14,685 bases of DNA from an uncultured bacterium (GCA_965662845.1 CBFIJD010000012.1:48478-63162); one strand, 5' to 3'. Shown: positions 1 to 8,991, numbered from the stretch's first letter. Notes: generated by a model from the letters alone, not told the origin. Program-made: numbers and translations.

Positions 1-2138
1 CCCGTCCACTCGGTTGTGCCGACCAAATAGTCCCGCACAGGCCGCAGGTAGCGTCCATAGTATTGGTGCAAAAACTTGGAGCGAAATTCGGGGACATCCA
101 CATGGACTGGACATTGGGACGCGCACGCTTTGCAGGCCAAACAACCCGCCATCGCATCAAAGACTTCGTGCGAATAGTCGTACTCTCTGGTCTTACGCAT
201 AGAGTTCCAGGCTTTGTGACCCCACTGCAGCCAACTGGGCAAGGGGGACGCAGCGCTGGGGTCTTGGCTGAGGGTCAATTGACGCAACCACTCTCGCATG
301 ATCCCAGCTCGTCCTTTGGGAGAATGAATCCGATCGCGGGTGATTTTGGATGAAGGGCACATTACGTGGTCAGGGTCATAGTGAAAACAGGCGCCGTTCC
401 CATTGCAGCTGATGGTGACGTCAAACTCTTGCTGCAAATTTGCGGCGATCTGCCGGTCGCGATGACCACGCAGAGGAGCCTCGACCTTGACGGGGGTCTC
501 GGCTGAGTTCAGCGGCGTCACGATTTTCCCAGGGTTGAGCTGGTTGTAAGGATCAAAGGCTTGCTTGATGCGCCGTAAATCTTGGTAGAGCTCAGGCCCA
601 AAGTGTTCCTCGGTATATTCCGCGCGGAAGCCCCGCCCATGTTCGGCCCACATCACCCCACCATATTTTCGAACAAGCGCACAAACGGCGTCCGAAATTT
701 CACGGATCCATGTCTCGTCTTTGTGTTGCTTGAGATCCAAAGCCGGGCGCACGTGGAGACAGCCTACATCCACGTGCCCAAACATCGCGTATTCTAATCC
801 GTAGCTCTCTAACAACGCGCGAAATTCGCGGATGTAGTCAGCGAGATGCTCCGGCGGCACGGCGGTGTCTTCCACAAAGGGGATTGGCTTGCGGTGGCCT
901 TTGGTGTTGCCCAGCAGCCCCACCCCTTTCTTGCGTAGGTTCCACAAGTCTTTGATCTCGTTTTCTTTGTCGGTCTGGTAGTAGCCTGTGGACTCGCCGG
1001 GTTGAGACTTGCGCGCGTCAATTTCTTGGCAGAGTTGAGCGACTTTTTGCACAACCGCCGCTTTGTCCATTCCTGAAAACTCCACCAAGTTGATGGTCTT
1101 CGTAGGACGGTTCCCTTCCGCTTTGATGAACTCCTTCACTTTGAAGTAGATTTCGTCTTCTTTGGCTAATGAGAGGATCTTTTCGTCCACAGTCTCAATG
1201 GCGGTAGGGTCGGCTTGAACAAGAGTCTCCGCTGCTCGAAGCGCGTCATCGAAAGCCTCATATTTGACGACGACGAGGATTTTGTGAGCCGGCAGCGGCG
1301 TCAACTTGAGCCGGGCCTCATGCAAGATCGCCAACGTGCCTTCTGAACCGGAGAGCAAGTAGTTGAGGTTGAAGGTCTCTTGCGTCGGCTCCGCGTAAAC
1401 TTTGCCGAGGTTGTAGCCCGTCATGAACCGGCTCATTTTAGGGAAGACTTCGTTGATGAGGGCGGCTTTGTGCGTGACGATGTCATCGACAACGCGATAG
1501 ATTTCGCCGCGCAAGCCGTGTTCGTTTTTACGTTCTGCGAGCGCGTCGGCGTTCAAGGGAACGGAGTTGAGTTCATCTCCGTTGCTCAGCACACAAGACA
1601 GCTCGAGGACGTGGTCACTCGTTCGCCCATAAACGCGCGAACCTTGGCCGCAGGCGTCCGTGCCAATCATTCCTCCTAGCGTGGCGCGGCTACTGGGGGA
1701 GAGGTTCGGAGCGAAGAAGACCCCGAATGGCTTGAGGTGATCGTTCAGTTGGTCCAGGACGACCCCCGGCCCCACGCGCACCCAGCCTTCTTCTAAATTC
1801 ACTTCCCGAATGTCGTGCATGTGGCGTGAGCAGTCGACAATGATGCCTTGGGTCAGCGACTGTCCATTGGTGCCGGTTCCGCCGCCGCGCGCCCCAAAGC
1901 GAATCTCCCGAAAACGGGCTTGATTCGCCAAAGTGAGCAGCGTTTTGAGGTCGGCTTTGTCTTTCGGGAAGACGGCGGCCTGCGGCATGATTTGGTAGAT
2001 GCTGTTGTCTGTGGATTGAATCAGGCGGGTCCCGAAATCACTGCGGATTTCTCCTTGAAAATCCGTTTGGCGCAGCTCTTCTAAAAAGTCGCTATACGAC
2101 GCTTTTTGCGGTTCAGATAGGTCAAGTCTCGGAATCAT
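1..2138 (-). CDS. ydiJ: FAD-binding and (Fe-S)-binding oxidoreductase, YdiJ / D-2-hydroxyglutarate dehydrogenase-like; runs off the window start (about 712 codons visible)
   Basis: Not in the ORF track because no stop lies in the window. Manual translation from ATG 2138: MIPRLDLSEPQK...STDNSIYQIMPQAAVFPK...ARGGGTGTNGQSL...GWVRVGPGVVLDQLN...SRATLGGMIGTDACGQGSRVYGRTSDHV (FAD_binding_4). Later Fe-S motifs SCNGNGACF...MCPSSK and GCLACKACASQCPVHVDVPEFRSKFL...YLRPVRDYLV fall in the same frame. These match recalled E. coli YdiJ motifs. Confidence 0.92.
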   Translation of the reverse strand, partial: MIPRLDLSEPQKASYSDFLEELRQTDFQGEIRSDFGTRLIQSTDNSIYQIMPQAAVFPKDKADLKTLLTLANQARFREIRFGARGGGTGTNGQSLTQGIIVDCSRHMHDIREVNLEEGWVRVGPGVVLDQLNDHLKPFGVFFAPNLSPSSRATLGGMIGTDACGQGSRVYGRTSDHVLELSCVLSNGDELNSVPLNADALAERKNEHGLRGEIYRVVDDIVTHKAALINEVFPKMSRFMTGYNLGKVYAEPTQETFNLNYLLSGSEGTLAILHEARLKLTPLPAHKILVVVKYEAFDDALRAAETLVQADPTAIETVDEKILSLAKEDEIYFKVKEFIKAEGNRPTKTINLVEFSGMDKAAVVQKVAQLCQEIDARKSQPGESTGYYQTDKENEIKDLWNLRKKGVGLLGNTKGHRKPIPFVEDTAVPPEHLADYIREFRALLESYGLEYAMFGHVDVGCLHVRPALDLKQHKDETWIREISDAVCALVRKYGGVMWAEHGRGFRAEYTEEHFGPELYQDLRRIKQAFDPYNQLNPGKIVTPLNSAETPVKVEAPLRGHRDRQIAANLQQEFDVTISCNGNGACFHYDPDHVMCPSSKITRDRIHSPKGRAGIMREWLRQLTLSQDPSAASPLPSWLQWGHKAWNSMRKTREYDYSHEVFDAMAGCLACKACASQCPVHVDVPEFRSKFLHQYYGRYLRPVRDYLVGTTEWT

Positions 2139-2279
2139 GAGGATGTTTGGGCTTTAGTTGTCAGCGAAGCTACCGACCTTTCTAGGGAGAGAGCCGCCTC
2201 GCCTTGCAACAAGGAGGTCTCTTTCTCAGTGGGCCGTGCTCGAAAATGTGAGGTGTGCTTCAGGGGGCGTGTGGAGCGC

Positions 2280-2825
2280 TTACTTTTCAATGGAGACGAG
2301 TTCTACGTCAAAGATGAGCGCCGCGTGTGGGGGAATCAGGTCGCCAGCCCCTTCGATGCCATACCCTAAAGACGCCGGAATGAAGAGCTGCCATTTGGCG
2401 CCGACTTTCATCAGCTGTAGCGCTTCTGTCCAACCAGGAATGACGCGATGGACGGGAATGCTCAGGGGCTCTCCGCGCGCGTAAGAGCTATCGAAGATGG
2501 TGCCGTCTACCAGTTTGCCTGTGTAGTTGACGACGACGCGGTCGCGCGGGCCGGGCTGTGCTCCCGAGCCTGGTTCAACGACGCGGTATTGCAGTCCGCT
2601 TTGGGTGACTTCGATGCCGTCTTGCTGCGCGTTCTCGCTCAGGAAGTTCTCACTTTGGGTGATGATGACTTTCGCCGCTTCAGCGCGGGCTTGCTTTTGT
2701 TCTTGTGTGGGAAACATGTCGTCAAAGATGAAATTGAAGATCAAATAGCCTCCAAGCGCCATGAGAACGATCGCGGTCAGGTGCCTGGGGGCGTTGGATT
2801 CTTTTTTTGTGGGAGAGTCGCTCAT
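2280..2825 (-). CDS. FKBP-type peptidyl-prolyl cis-trans isomerase with N-terminal hydrophobic anchor (181 aa)
   Basis: TQSGLQYRVVEPGSG...VVVNYTGKLVDGTIFDSSYARGEP...VIPGWTEALQLMKVGAKWQLFIPASLGYG...IPPHAALIFDVEL. Start moved from 3110 to ATG 2825 (MSDSPTK), 16 nt after the upstream stop, because the longer ORF overlaps the oxidoreductase. Confidence 0.93.
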   Translation of the reverse strand: MSDSPTKKESNAPRHLTAIVLMALGGYLIFNFIFDDMFPTQEQKQARAEAAKVIITQSENFLSENAQQDGIEVTQSGLQYRVVEPGSGAQPGPRDRVVVNYTGKLVDGTIFDSSYARGEPLSIPVHRVIPGWTEALQLMKVGAKWQLFIPASLGYGIEGAGDLIPPHAALIFDVELVSIEK

Positions 2826-2841
2826 TGCTACGAAGACGAGG

Positions 2842-4086
2842 TCAAAGTTCGGTGAGAATTGCGTGGGCTGCGCGGCGTCCGGAACGCATTGCTCCTTGAA
2901 GAGAAGCGTGTTCGCGGTGATCCCCACAGACGAACAAGTTTTGAGACACCTTGACGCCTTTCTCACTAAATTGCAACGCAGGGGGGCGCTGCTGTGGGAG
3001 CGCTTGGGGGATGTCATAGATGCGGAGCAGGCGCCATTCCGTTGCTTCGGCACCGAACCAGTCATGGAGTTGGTCTCGCACGGCTTGTTCGAGCTGGGCA
3101 TGATCTTCAAAGCGCTGAAGCACTGTCACAGAGAGCAGCTCTTGTCCTTCGGGAGCATAGCTTCGGCTCACTCGGCTATTGAGCACCAGATTGTTGATGG
3201 GCCCATGCCCGTCGCCGTTCAGAACCAACAGAGGAATGTCGTCGAGAGGAAACTTCGGCATAGTAAAATACAGACAATACGTCGATTGAAACACGGGCGA
3301 GTCGGATCTGCCGAGCAAGCGATAGGCTTCGGGAGCGTCGGTCGCTAAGACGATGTTCTCTGCGGCGAGCGTCTCTCCGCTCTCTAGCTCAACGCTTTGA
3401 GGCTGAAGGCTGCGGACGCGGCTCTCGAAGTGCACGGTGCCACGTGAGAGCTCTCGGGTGAGCTGTTCGGGAATAGCCTGAATGCCTTGAGATGGAAGCG
3501 TAGCGCGGCCTGTGGCGAACATCTGGTATGTAAACTCCAGCATCCGGCTGGAGGTTTCTAGTTGGGGATCTAAGAAGACGCCGGCAAAGAACGGGCGCAG
3601 AAAAGCGTCCACAAACTTGGCAGAGAACCCCATCTCTTGCAGATGGTCCAGCGCTCTTTTCTCTGGCTTATTGAACAAGGTGTGCAGGCTTTGTGAAGCG
3701 AGCTGCGTGCGCCACTGCGTCAGCAAAAAGCCGTCTTTGAAGGTCGCGGTGGGGTTGCGCAAGGTTTCAAGGATGCGGTGCGGTTTGCGATACGGGTCTG
3801 CGAGAGTGTGGAACTTCCCGCACCAGCGAATGCGTGCTCCGGGATAAAAGGCTTTGAGCTGCAATCCGCGCAAGCGCAGCATTCTGCGCGCCTCAGGATA
3901 TTCGGTCAAGAACACCTGAAAGCCTCGATCCAGCAAAAATCCTTCAACTTTGTCTGTGCGAACCCGCCCGCCCACGCTGTCGGATCCTTCCAACACCCTC
4001 ACAGAACGTCCTGCTCGCTGAAGATGGATCGCGCAGCACAGACCGGCTACGCCGGCGCCGATGATGAGGGTGGGCTTTTCAGACAT
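2842..4086 (-). CDS. FAD-dependent oxidoreductase, amine oxidase / protoporphyrinogen oxidase / phytoene desaturase superfamily; substrate unknown
   Basis: Rossmann motif IIGAGVAGLCCA...VRVLEGSDSVGGRVRT...GFLLDRGFQVFL and C-terminal VCGDH...SLQGAMRSGRRAA. Confidence 0.9.
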   Translation of the reverse strand: MSEKPTLIIGAGVAGLCCAIHLQRAGRSVRVLEGSDSVGGRVRTDKVEGFLLDRGFQVFLTEYPEARRMLRLRGLQLKAFYPGARIRWCGKFHTLADPYRKPHRILETLRNPTATFKDGFLLTQWRTQLASQSLHTLFNKPEKRALDHLQEMGFSAKFVDAFLRPFFAGVFLDPQLETSSRMLEFTYQMFATGRATLPSQGIQAIPEQLTRELSRGTVHFESRVRSLQPQSVELESGETLAAENIVLATDAPEAYRLLGRSDSPVFQSTYCLYFTMPKFPLDDIPLLVLNGDGHGPINNLVLNSRVSRSYAPEGQELLSVTVLQRFEDHAQLEQAVRDQLHDWFGAEATEWRLLRIYDIPQALPQQRPPALQFSEKGVKVSQNLFVCGDHREHASLQGAMRSGRRAAHAILTEL

Positions 4087-4131
4087 GGTGTTTCATGGAG
4101 TCGGAGGAGCGTTGGGCGGTGAAAAGGCGCT

Positions 4132-4159
4132 AACCTAACGAAATTGTGACATCTTGCAA
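4132..4159 (-). promoter_or_regulatory. Candidate sigma70-type promoter for the oxidoreductase-FKBP unit
   Basis: Minus strand TTGCAA (4159-4154)-N16-TAGGTT (4137-4132), about 45 nt upstream of ATG 4086. Confidence 0.4.
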
Positions 4160-4242
4160 GAAGTTTCCCACGACGTGAACCGGTTTCCGCTCCTGTGGCA
4201 TCGGGCCTTGGGCAAAGCCGGACTTCCTGCAAGGTCGTTGGT

Positions 4243-6573
4243 TTAGGCAGACAAGCGTGAGGGCTGCGGAGTTGTAAGGTGAGCGGCTGCGCGCGGTACG
4301 CTCAGCGCGTGTTGGTCCATGCCAACTTGGTGTCCAAGAGTGCTGCTCATGCCTTCTAAGTGACTGATTTGTTGGGTGAGCTGCTGAGAGGCCAGAGCGG
4401 TTTCGCGCGAGTTCTCGGTGTTGGTTTGGGTGAGTTTACCGATCTCGGTGAGGGCGGTGTTGATCTCTGAAATCGAGAGCGCTTGGTGCTCGGAGGCGTT
4501 ACGAATGTTGTGCATCAACGCCTCAACTTCTCCGGCTTTGCTGTTCTGGTTTTGTGAGAAAGACCCCACCTCCTGAATCAACTTCCCGACTTCATTGGAC
4601 TTCTGCAAAATTTCTTTGAGAATTCCCTCACCTTGAGAGGCGTACTCATTGCCGGACTCAGCGCGGAGATTGTTCTCTTGGATGAGGGTTGCGATTTGTT
4701 TGGAAGCCTCTTTGGAGTGCTCAGCGAGACGACTGACTTCTTCGGCAACCACCGCGAACCCTTTGCCGGCTTCGCCAGCGCGAGCGGCTTCAATCGCGGC
4801 GTTGGTGGCAAGCATCTTGGTTTGATGAGTGATCTCGCCGATTAAGCCAATGATGCCTTTGATGGCCTCGCTGCCTTCGCGAATTTCCTGCATGGCGCGA
4901 CTAATCTGCGACATCATTTGCACACCTCGCTGCGCGGCTTCTCGAGCGTCTGCGGACAGATGAATGGCTTTGTCTGCTTGTTGCGAGGAGTCATTCGTCA
5001 TCTCCACAACGTTTTGCATCAATGCTAGGGCTGAACGCGAGTTGCCGGCATTGCTCTGCGTCTGCTGCGTGACTTGCTGCACGGAAGAGGTTGTCTCGTT
5101 AATGCTCAGGGCTTGGGCTTGCGACCCTTCCGACAACGTGTGTGAACTTTCAGCGAGCTGCAACGCGATGTGCTTCAACTGCAGAGAAGCCCCCGTCAAG
5201 TCTTTGACCAAATGTATCAGCGTACGCGAGAGACGCCGCACAATCGGCACACTGACCACAGTGGCGAGCAGAGTCGCCAAGAGGGCTGATAGGCCAAAGG
5301 CGATGAGGGAGTCTGTGGCGAAGGAGTTGAGTTCGTCTTCTGTGATTTCAGACAAAATTACCCAATTGACCCCTTCGATCTTCAAAGGCGCATAGGCGCC
5401 GAACACTTCTTGTCCGAGATAGTTTGTGTAACTCATACTGCCAATAGACCCGTCTCGGGCAGCGCGCACTCCGTCTGTGTCGGCGGGCTGATACATGATG
5501 GCTTGCCGCTTCCCCTGAATCATCTCCAGCATTTGGTTCGGCAGGGTTTGCTTGGCGAGCAGCTCCAGATAACTCTCTGGGTTCTCTAGCAGCATGCGAG
5601 GGTCGCTGCGCATAGAGAGATCGTCGCCGCTGACAATGTAGGTCTCTCCTGTCTTGCCTTGGCCAACGGCTTCCCAACGACCGCCGCTGGTCATCAGCGT
5701 GTTGAGGTTCTGAAGAGGGATTTGAAAAGCCAGCACGCCTTGGTTGCGTCCTCGGTGGACCACAGGCGCGATCAAGAAAGCGGAGGGCTGATCATAGGAG
5801 GGCAAGTACGGCTCGACGTCTAAAAAGCGAATGTCTTGGGGATCGGTAGACGTCCGCAACTCTTGGAAGGCGGAGCTGAGCGCTGTCTCCGCGAGGGGGC
5901 CTTGTAGCAAGCTGGCGCTGAAGTCAACCTGTTTGATGACGGAGTAGACGATGCGGCCATTGTTGCTGTCGATCAGCAAGATGTCTTCATAGCCGAAGAG
6001 GTCTTTGTAGCCTTTGAAGGTCGTGTGGAAACGCTTGTGCGCGGAGCTGATCATCGCGAAGCCTTCGGGCCGCTCTAGTTGATCGCGTTCCTCAACAGGG
6101 TGTGGGTTCTTCACGATGAAGGCATGCTGTAGCGCGACGGCTAGGTCATCTAAAGCTTCAAAGAAGGGCGCGGCGGCGGGAACACGTCCGTTGTTGCGGG
6201 CGCTGTAAATGGAGGCAAATTGTTGTTCGTAATGCAAACGCAGCTCGCTGCGCATCTCGGACAGTTGTGCGGGCGTGATCTCCATCTCTTCAAGGTAGTT
6301 GCGACTGCTCGAGCTAAAGCCTTGAATGGCTTTGAGCACACTCTCTTCTTGCGACAAAAAACGGATTTGTTTGCGATAGAAAGCCAGCGTGTTTTCCACG
6401 TTTTGCTTTTTGAGTTCACGCACGGCGATCAAACTCTGCTCTGCTTGCGACGTGACGGCGCTGTTCAACGTGTAGACGCCGATGCCGGCAAGCAGAATGA
6501 CGGTGGCCGCGAGAGAGCCAAGCACCAAACCCAACATCTTGAATTCAAGTCCAACTCGGAAAATAGAGCGCAT
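4243..6573 (-). CDS. Methyl-accepting chemotaxis protein with large Cache-type periplasmic sensor (776 aa)
   Basis: TM1 ([22 protein letters not shown]), about 390-aa periplasmic domain (GYEDILLID...GRIVYSV...[17 protein letters not shown]...GKTGETYIV...[14 protein letters not shown]...WVILSEI), TM2 ([23 protein letters not shown]), and MCP tip [23 protein letters not shown]. Confidence 0.95.
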   Translation of the reverse strand: MRSIFRVGLEFKMLGLVLGSLAATVILLAGIGVYTLNSAVTSQAEQSLIAVRELKKQNVENTLAFYRKQIRFLSQEESVLKAIQGFSSSSRNYLEEMEITPAQLSEMRSELRLHYEQQFASIYSARNNGRVPAAAPFFEALDDLAVALQHAFIVKNPHPVEERDQLERPEGFAMISSAHKRFHTTFKGYKDLFGYEDILLIDSNNGRIVYSVIKQVDFSASLLQGPLAETALSSAFQELRTSTDPQDIRFLDVEPYLPSYDQPSAFLIAPVVHRGRNQGVLAFQIPLQNLNTLMTSGGRWEAVGQGKTGETYIVSGDDLSMRSDPRMLLENPESYLELLAKQTLPNQMLEMIQGKRQAIMYQPADTDGVRAARDGSIGSMSYTNYLGQEVFGAYAPLKIEGVNWVILSEITEDELNSFATDSLIAFGLSALLATLLATVVSVPIVRRLSRTLIHLVKDLTGASLQLKHIALQLAESSHTLSEGSQAQALSINETTSSVQQVTQQTQSNAGNSRSALALMQNVVEMTNDSSQQADKAIHLSADAREAAQRGVQMMSQISRAMQEIREGSEAIKGIIGLIGEITHQTKMLATNAAIEAARAGEAGKGFAVVAEEVSRLAEHSKEASKQIATLIQENNLRAESGNEYASQGEGILKEILQKSNEVGKLIQEVGSFSQNQNSKAGEVEALMHNIRNASEHQALSISEINTALTEIGKLTQTNTENSRETALASQQLTQQISHLEGMSSTLGHQVGMDQHALSVPRAAAHLTTPQPSRLSA

Positions 6574-6628
6574 AGAGTCCCATTAGCTTCAGGGGTGAAC
6601 GGGAGAAACGAGGCGTGTGTGAGAGAGC

Positions 6629-7993
6629 TTAGAACGAGCCGCTGGCTTGAAACGTGATATAGAGGTAGATCGAGACGCCAATGATGTCGTTCATCGTTGT
6701 GATGAAGGGCCCGGTCGCGAGGGCGGGGTCAATGTCAAGGCGCTTGAGTAAGATGGGGACCGACGAACCGATCACGGTGGCAAAACACAGAACCAGCAAC
6801 AGCGCGAGCGGGGTCGTTAACGAGATACCAACATCGCCGGAGATCAGCAGAGTCATGATGCCGAGCAAGAGCGCACAGGCCAGGCCACTCAAAAAGCCAA
6901 CGCGCAGCTCGCGCCACATGCGCCGCACCAAATCTCCGGTTCCAATGGCGCCGGTTGCGAGACCGCGCACCACAATAGACGAAGATTGAATGCCAATGCT
7001 TCCGCCCAAGGCCGCGATCAAAGGGACGAAGTAGGCGACTTGTGGAGCCTCCGCCAAGGAGGTTTCGAAGCCGCTCATCACTAAGGCGGTCAGGAAGCCA
7101 CCGCCCATACCTAAAAACAGCCAAGGGAGGCGCTCTCGCACTGTGCGGACGACAGAGCTCTCCAGCACGTCTTCGCGGGACGTCCCGCTCATTTGGGCGA
7201 TGTCTTCTTCGTGCTCTTCGTAGATGACGTCCACGAGGTCGTCGATGGTGATGCGCCCGATCAAGCGGAGGTATTTGTCGATCACAGGGACGACCACGAG
7301 GTCGTATTCTTTGGCGACTTGGACGACTTCTTCTTGATCTAAGTCGACGTCCACCGCGATGACGTCTGGGTTCATGACTTCGCTGATGAGCCGGTCACGG
7401 GGCGTGAGCAGCAGCTGGGTGACTTCTACGGTGCCGATCAGGTGCTCGTGCTCATCGACGACATAGACGGTGTAAAACGCTTGCATGTCGTCTTGATCGT
7501 CGATGTAGCGCTGGATGCTCACGATCGCCTGATCGATCGTCTGTTCTTTTTGCACCGCGATCACATAGGGGTTCATGATCCCGCCAGCGGTGTCCTCGGC
7601 GTATTGCAGCAAGGAGTGGATCTCGCCGCGTTGTCTCTCAGGCAAGAAGTCCATCACCTCATCTGCTCGCTCCGTGTTCATGATCGAGACGATGTCGGCG
7701 GCGTCGTCATAGGCCATCTCTTCCACCAGCTGGCCGATGCGCTGAGAGGGTAGCTCTTCGAGCAAATCCTCCATCACGACCGGAGATTGGCTCATCTCGG
7801 CGAGCACCTCAGAGGCTTTCTCTTCGTCGAGGATTTCCAACACTTTGACCTGATATTTCGCCTTGAGCTGGAGCATGGCGTTGGCGACCTCATAAGCGCT
7901 GAGGTCGTTGAGCAACGTCCGCAGAACCTCATATTTTTCGTTTTGAATGAGGTTCTTGATAAACTTGTGATATTGCTCTCGTTGCTTGGACAA
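6629..7993 (-). CDS. mgtE: Magnesium transporter MgtE
   Basis: Acidic MgtE_N domain (DDAADIV), CBS pair (YAEDTAGGIMNP...VYVVDEHEHLIGTV...VPVIDKYLRLIGRITIDD), TM domain RLPWL...PLIAALGGSIGIQSS...IDPALATGPFITTMNDIIG. TTG start with GGAGG 5 nt upstream. Confidence 0.96.
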   Translation of the reverse strand: MSKQREQYHKFIKNLIQNEKYEVLRTLLNDLSAYEVANAMLQLKAKYQVKVLEILDEEKASEVLAEMSQSPVVMEDLLEELPSQRIGQLVEEMAYDDAADIVSIMNTERADEVMDFLPERQRGEIHSLLQYAEDTAGGIMNPYVIAVQKEQTIDQAIVSIQRYIDDQDDMQAFYTVYVVDEHEHLIGTVEVTQLLLTPRDRLISEVMNPDVIAVDVDLDQEEVVQVAKEYDLVVVPVIDKYLRLIGRITIDDLVDVIYEEHEEDIAQMSGTSREDVLESSVVRTVRERLPWLFLGMGGGFLTALVMSGFETSLAEAPQVAYFVPLIAALGGSIGIQSSSIVVRGLATGAIGTGDLVRRMWRELRVGFLSGLACALLLGIMTLLISGDVGISLTTPLALLLVLCFATVIGSSVPILLKRLDIDPALATGPFITTMNDIIGVSIYLYITFQASGSF

Positions 7994-8119
7994 AGGGACC
8001 TCCAGAGGAAAAATGATCGGGCCAGAGAAGAAGAGGGGGAAGATGATCCTTCAAGCGCAAGGCTGCTGGGAAACGCGCTCAGGGGCGCGATTAAGCAAGC
8101 AGACAAACCTACAGAGGGA

Positions 8120-8148
8120 TTGTTACGTCTTTGTTAGGGGACTAATAT
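8120..8148 (+). promoter_or_regulatory. Candidate sigma70-type promoter of xth
   Basis: TTGTTA (8120-8125)-N17-TAATAT (8143-8148) in an AT-rich patch, 28 nt before ATG 8177. Confidence 0.55.
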
Positions 8149-8176
8149 TTCTGTGTTTTTTGAAATTGGAGCGGCT

Positions 8177-8953
8177 ATGCGCGTGATCACACTCAATTGC
8201 AACGGCATTCGTGCGGCGTTTCGCAAAGGATTAAAAAACTGGTTGTCAACGCAAACAACAGATTTTGTTTGTCTGCAAGAGACCCGCATTCAAGACGAGC
8301 AACTGACGAAAGAGCTGCGGCACCCCGATGGCGTGCTCAGCTACTTCACCTTTGCGGAAAAAAAGGGTTACTCCGGGGTGGGCATCTACACACGACATGA
8401 ACCGGAATCTGTGGCCTATGAGATCGGTTGGCCGCGTTTTGATGAAGAAGGACGCTTCGTGCAAGTTGACTACCCCAATTTGCGAGTTGTCTCGTTGTAT
8501 CTCCCTTCAGGGACGCGGGGCGATGATCGTCAGATGTTCAAAATGGAAGTGTTGGAGTGGTTTGTGGAGTGGTTCCAAACGCAGCTGCAGTGCGGAAAAG
8601 AGGTGATCGTCTGCGGAGATATCAACATTGCGCACCAAGAGATTGACCTGAAAAATTGGAAAGCGAACCAAAAAAACTCCGGGTTTTTGCCAGAAGAGCG
8701 AGCGTGGCTGACAAAGCTGACCGAAGAGATCGGATTTGTGGATGTGTTTCGCAGCTTGCGGCCCGAAAAAGCCGCGTACACTTGGTGGTCGAACCGAGGC
8801 AGGGCTTGGGACAATAACGTGGGGTGGCGCATTGATTATCAGCTAGCGACACCGGCGCTGGCAAAACGGGCCACAGATGAGGAAATCTACCGAGAGGAGC
8901 GCTTTTCAGATCACGCGCCGTTGCGACTGGATTATCAGTGGGAAGTGAATTGA
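8177..8953 (+). CDS. xth: Exodeoxyribonuclease III / AP endonuclease (EEP family), 258 aa
   Basis: MRVITLNCNGIRAA, VCLQETR, KGYSGVG, EEGR, CGDINIAH, SGFLPEERAW, YTWWSNR, GWRIDY, SDHAPL. GGAG precedes ATG 8177, which is preferred over the ORF-track start at 8153. Confidence 0.95.
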   Translation: MRVITLNCNGIRAAFRKGLKNWLSTQTTDFVCLQETRIQDEQLTKELRHPDGVLSYFTFAEKKGYSGVGIYTRHEPESVAYEIGWPRFDEEGRFVQVDYPNLRVVSLYLPSGTRGDDRQMFKMEVLEWFVEWFQTQLQCGKEVIVCGDINIAHQEIDLKNWKANQKNSGFLPEERAWLTKLTEEIGFVDVFRSLRPEKAAYTWWSNRGRAWDNNVGWRIDYQLATPALAKRATDEEIYREERFSDHAPLRLDYQWEVN

Positions 8954-8972
8954 AGCGAGCAGAGTGATGAGA

Positions 8973-8991
8973 GGGAGCGGAGGCAGCTCCC
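8973..8991. terminator. Small GC-rich hairpin between the convergent xth and XRE genes; possible weak terminator
   Basis: GGGAGC (8973-8978) / GCTCCC (8986-8991) with a 7-nt loop. There is no real U-tract; only UCUC follows on the minus strand. Confidence 0.35.

Noticed and set aside
2826..3110. ORF-track N-terminal extension of the FKBP (likewise prfC 13675-13752 and xth 8153-8176)
   Set aside because: These extensions overlap neighbouring genes or leaders and lack family similarity. Downstream ATGs fit better.
4170..4242. GGCAAAGCC resembling part of a c-di-GMP-I riboswitch
   Set aside because: It is on the wrong strand for the downstream gene, and the GAAA-loop P2 and other conserved elements are missing.
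7994..8110. M-box riboswitch or MgtL-like Pro-rich leader peptide before mgtE (TTG-LRLKDHLPPLLLWPDH...)
   Set aside because: No M-box consensus recognised. The peptide has no ATG or SD, and its prolines simply reflect the C/T-rich leader.
8177..8953. Possible Crc-like inactive Xth homolog
   Set aside because: The catalytic motifs QE, GDxN and SDH are intact, so an ordinary AP endonuclease is the simpler call.
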